Below the pieces are notes generated by a model. It was not told the DNA's origin. It was given only the letters and a program-made list of their open reading frames with translations, and made no database searches. From Octopus sinensis (Eukaryota): a stretch of 64,000 nt of DNA. Both the position numbers and the translations under genes were made by a program. Shown here in pieces: positions 62,172 to 64,000 of this stretch (position 1 is its first letter; every line of letters begins with the position of its first letter). The stretch is from assembly GCF_006345805.1 (NCBI RefSeq), contig NC_043006.1, positions 19,778,001-19,842,000 of the forward strand, read 5' to 3'.

Positions 62172-62716
62172 ATATGTATATTTCCATGGTTAGTAAGGCT
62201 GGAAACTGTAAAAGGAAGTTGAGGAATTTGAAAGCACAGAGCTTGAAGATGATTTGTTAATAGGAAATGCCAACAAATGCACCAGTTACAGAACAACCAT
62301 AAATGGTGATGGCATAGCTATAGCTCTGTATAGTTTTTGGAAACATTCATGCACAGACACATACCTGCATACACACACACACACACACACACACAATAAA
62401 TATATGTGGGTTTGTATGTATAAGGGATTGTATAACTAACAACAGAACAAGAAATTATGTAATGAACTTCATTAGCCTTACAACTGCTTTTGCTTTAAGG
62501 TGATACACAAGTACTCAACAATTAGCGCTTTGCATCTTATAGCAGAAACAGCTGTAAGCTAATGAAGTTCCTTCCATTATTTCTTGTTTCCTTGTCGTTT
62601 ATGTAATTTCTTATTATATTCTGTATTTGACAAACACTTTTCTTTGAAGCATATGTATACCAAGTTATAACAACAGGTTATTAATATCACTATGCCTAAA
62701 CCAACAAATCAATGTA

Positions 62717-62747
<31 letters not shown>

Positions 62748-62767
62748 ACATATTATTATCATTACTA

Positions 62768-62807
<40 letters not shown>

Positions 62808-63067
62808 GATCGGGTGAAATCCAAAATTCAAGTAAATTAGGTAGTAAAGTGAAAGGGCATATAGGGATTGCAAAGGAGACAAAATCAATCGCTCAACATA
62901 TATCAGTATCTATCTATTTATCCAGGTTATATTTTTCATCTGCATGCATACGTAACAGCATACATACACCCTCACATACACACACACACACACACACACA
63001 CGCATGTACACACACACACAGATACACACAGACACAAACATACATACATACATACATACATACATAA

Positions 63068-63102
<35 letters not shown>

Positions 63103-63381
63103 CATACATACATACACTGAACTATTGAGAGATCTGCAGTCACTCCATCCTGATTGCAAGTTCAGGTTTATACCTGTAATTATTGGGGTACTGGGATATA
63201 TGTAACACACTGCTTAAATACCAGTCTTGAGAAAATTAGGCTTCTAAAAAAAAACAGAAAGGAGAAAGCTGATTCTATAGACCCAGTCCATCACTGGAAC
63301 TAAAAATCTGTAAAACTTTCCAGACGTTTATTGTTTAAGTAATAATGAGCATGTCTAGGTATGCAACGATATGCATGATAA

Positions 63382-63755
63382 TCTCTCTATATATAAACGG
63401 CAGTTTGTCTGTGTGTCTGTTTGGTTGTACCCTCACCCTGACCACGGCTTTCAACCGATTCTGATGAAACTTGACACACACATAGCCCAATGTCATAATT
63501 CAAAACTAACGCAGCGAAAATTTTGAAAAGTTCCCCCAGTTCTGAAAAAAAATCGATAAATTCGACATGGGGTCGAGAATCAGAAACACAAACTACAGAC
63601 TGTCTAGGGGACGCAACTCGACCTTTTTTAACTCTCAAAAAAAATTTACCATAATTTTTTTTCCATTTTTTTGTTATTTTTTGGTTATAACTCTCTAAAA
63701 ATGCTTTATAGTTATTTCCCTTACAAACCTGAGCAACGCCGGGTGATACTGCTAG
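63382..63755 (+). mobile_element. Non-autonomous Helitron
   Basis: A|TC...CTAG|T; near-identical to 31431-31805. Confidence 0.85.
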
Positions 63756-64000
63756 TACAGACATAAAACAAAACATATGAATCTGTACACACACACACAC
63801 AAACAAACAAACAAATGAAAATACCCTGTTGATATTTTTGAAATTCTAACGAAGGCACTTTGGATCTAGGTTAGAAACTGGCTCTTTTTCTATTTGCAAG
63901 AAATCTTGAAATAAAATAGAATAACGGCATACCTACATAAACACACTGTTTACTATACATATATCATATATTCTAATTTTTACAATATGTAAATTACATA

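Noticed and set aside
531-63806. Dozens of ORFs rich in YI, HT, CV, NNN or HHH in the ORF track
   Set aside because: They are translations of (TA)n, (CA)n, (TAA)n and (CAT)n microsatellites, are open on both strands, and lack splice or domain support.

Overview
AT-rich, repeat-dense animal genomic DNA, not prokaryotic. The SINE/LINE families and giant TA/CA microsatellites suggest an octopus or related coleoid; this is inference and no search was run. One spliced protein-coding gene can be reconstructed on the minus strand from six phase-compatible GT-AG exons: 55328-55429, 39931-40065, 36741-36821, 34066-34153, 28089-28150 and 16202-16372. Together they give 639 nt, or 212 aa plus stop, with the 5' end not identified. 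The product is a coiled-coil protein ending in a FIP-RBD-like (Rab11-binding) motif. Most of the remainder is transposon debris: RTE LINE fragments and many copies of their 3' UTR, CR1/L2-type LINE ends, Penelope-like elements (PLEs), tRNA-derived SINEs, a decayed Tc1, a pogo relic with nested insertions, TTAA piggyBac-type MITEs and non-autonomous Helitrons. Signals most worth following up: (1) PLE-derived hammerhead ribozyme motifs, two nearly intact and sense to the host pre-mRNA; (2) a PLE with a twin-priming-type 5' inversion; (3) a spacerless tail-to-tail RTE palindrome and other inverted repeats that could form intronic dsRNA or drive back-splicing; (4) an intronic CpG cluster with promoter-like motifs and an antisense splice donor; (5) an intronic ACUAAY-rich minisatellite; (6) a pre-miRNA-like hairpin. 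Nearly all ORFs in the supplied track are microsatellite or repeat artefacts.
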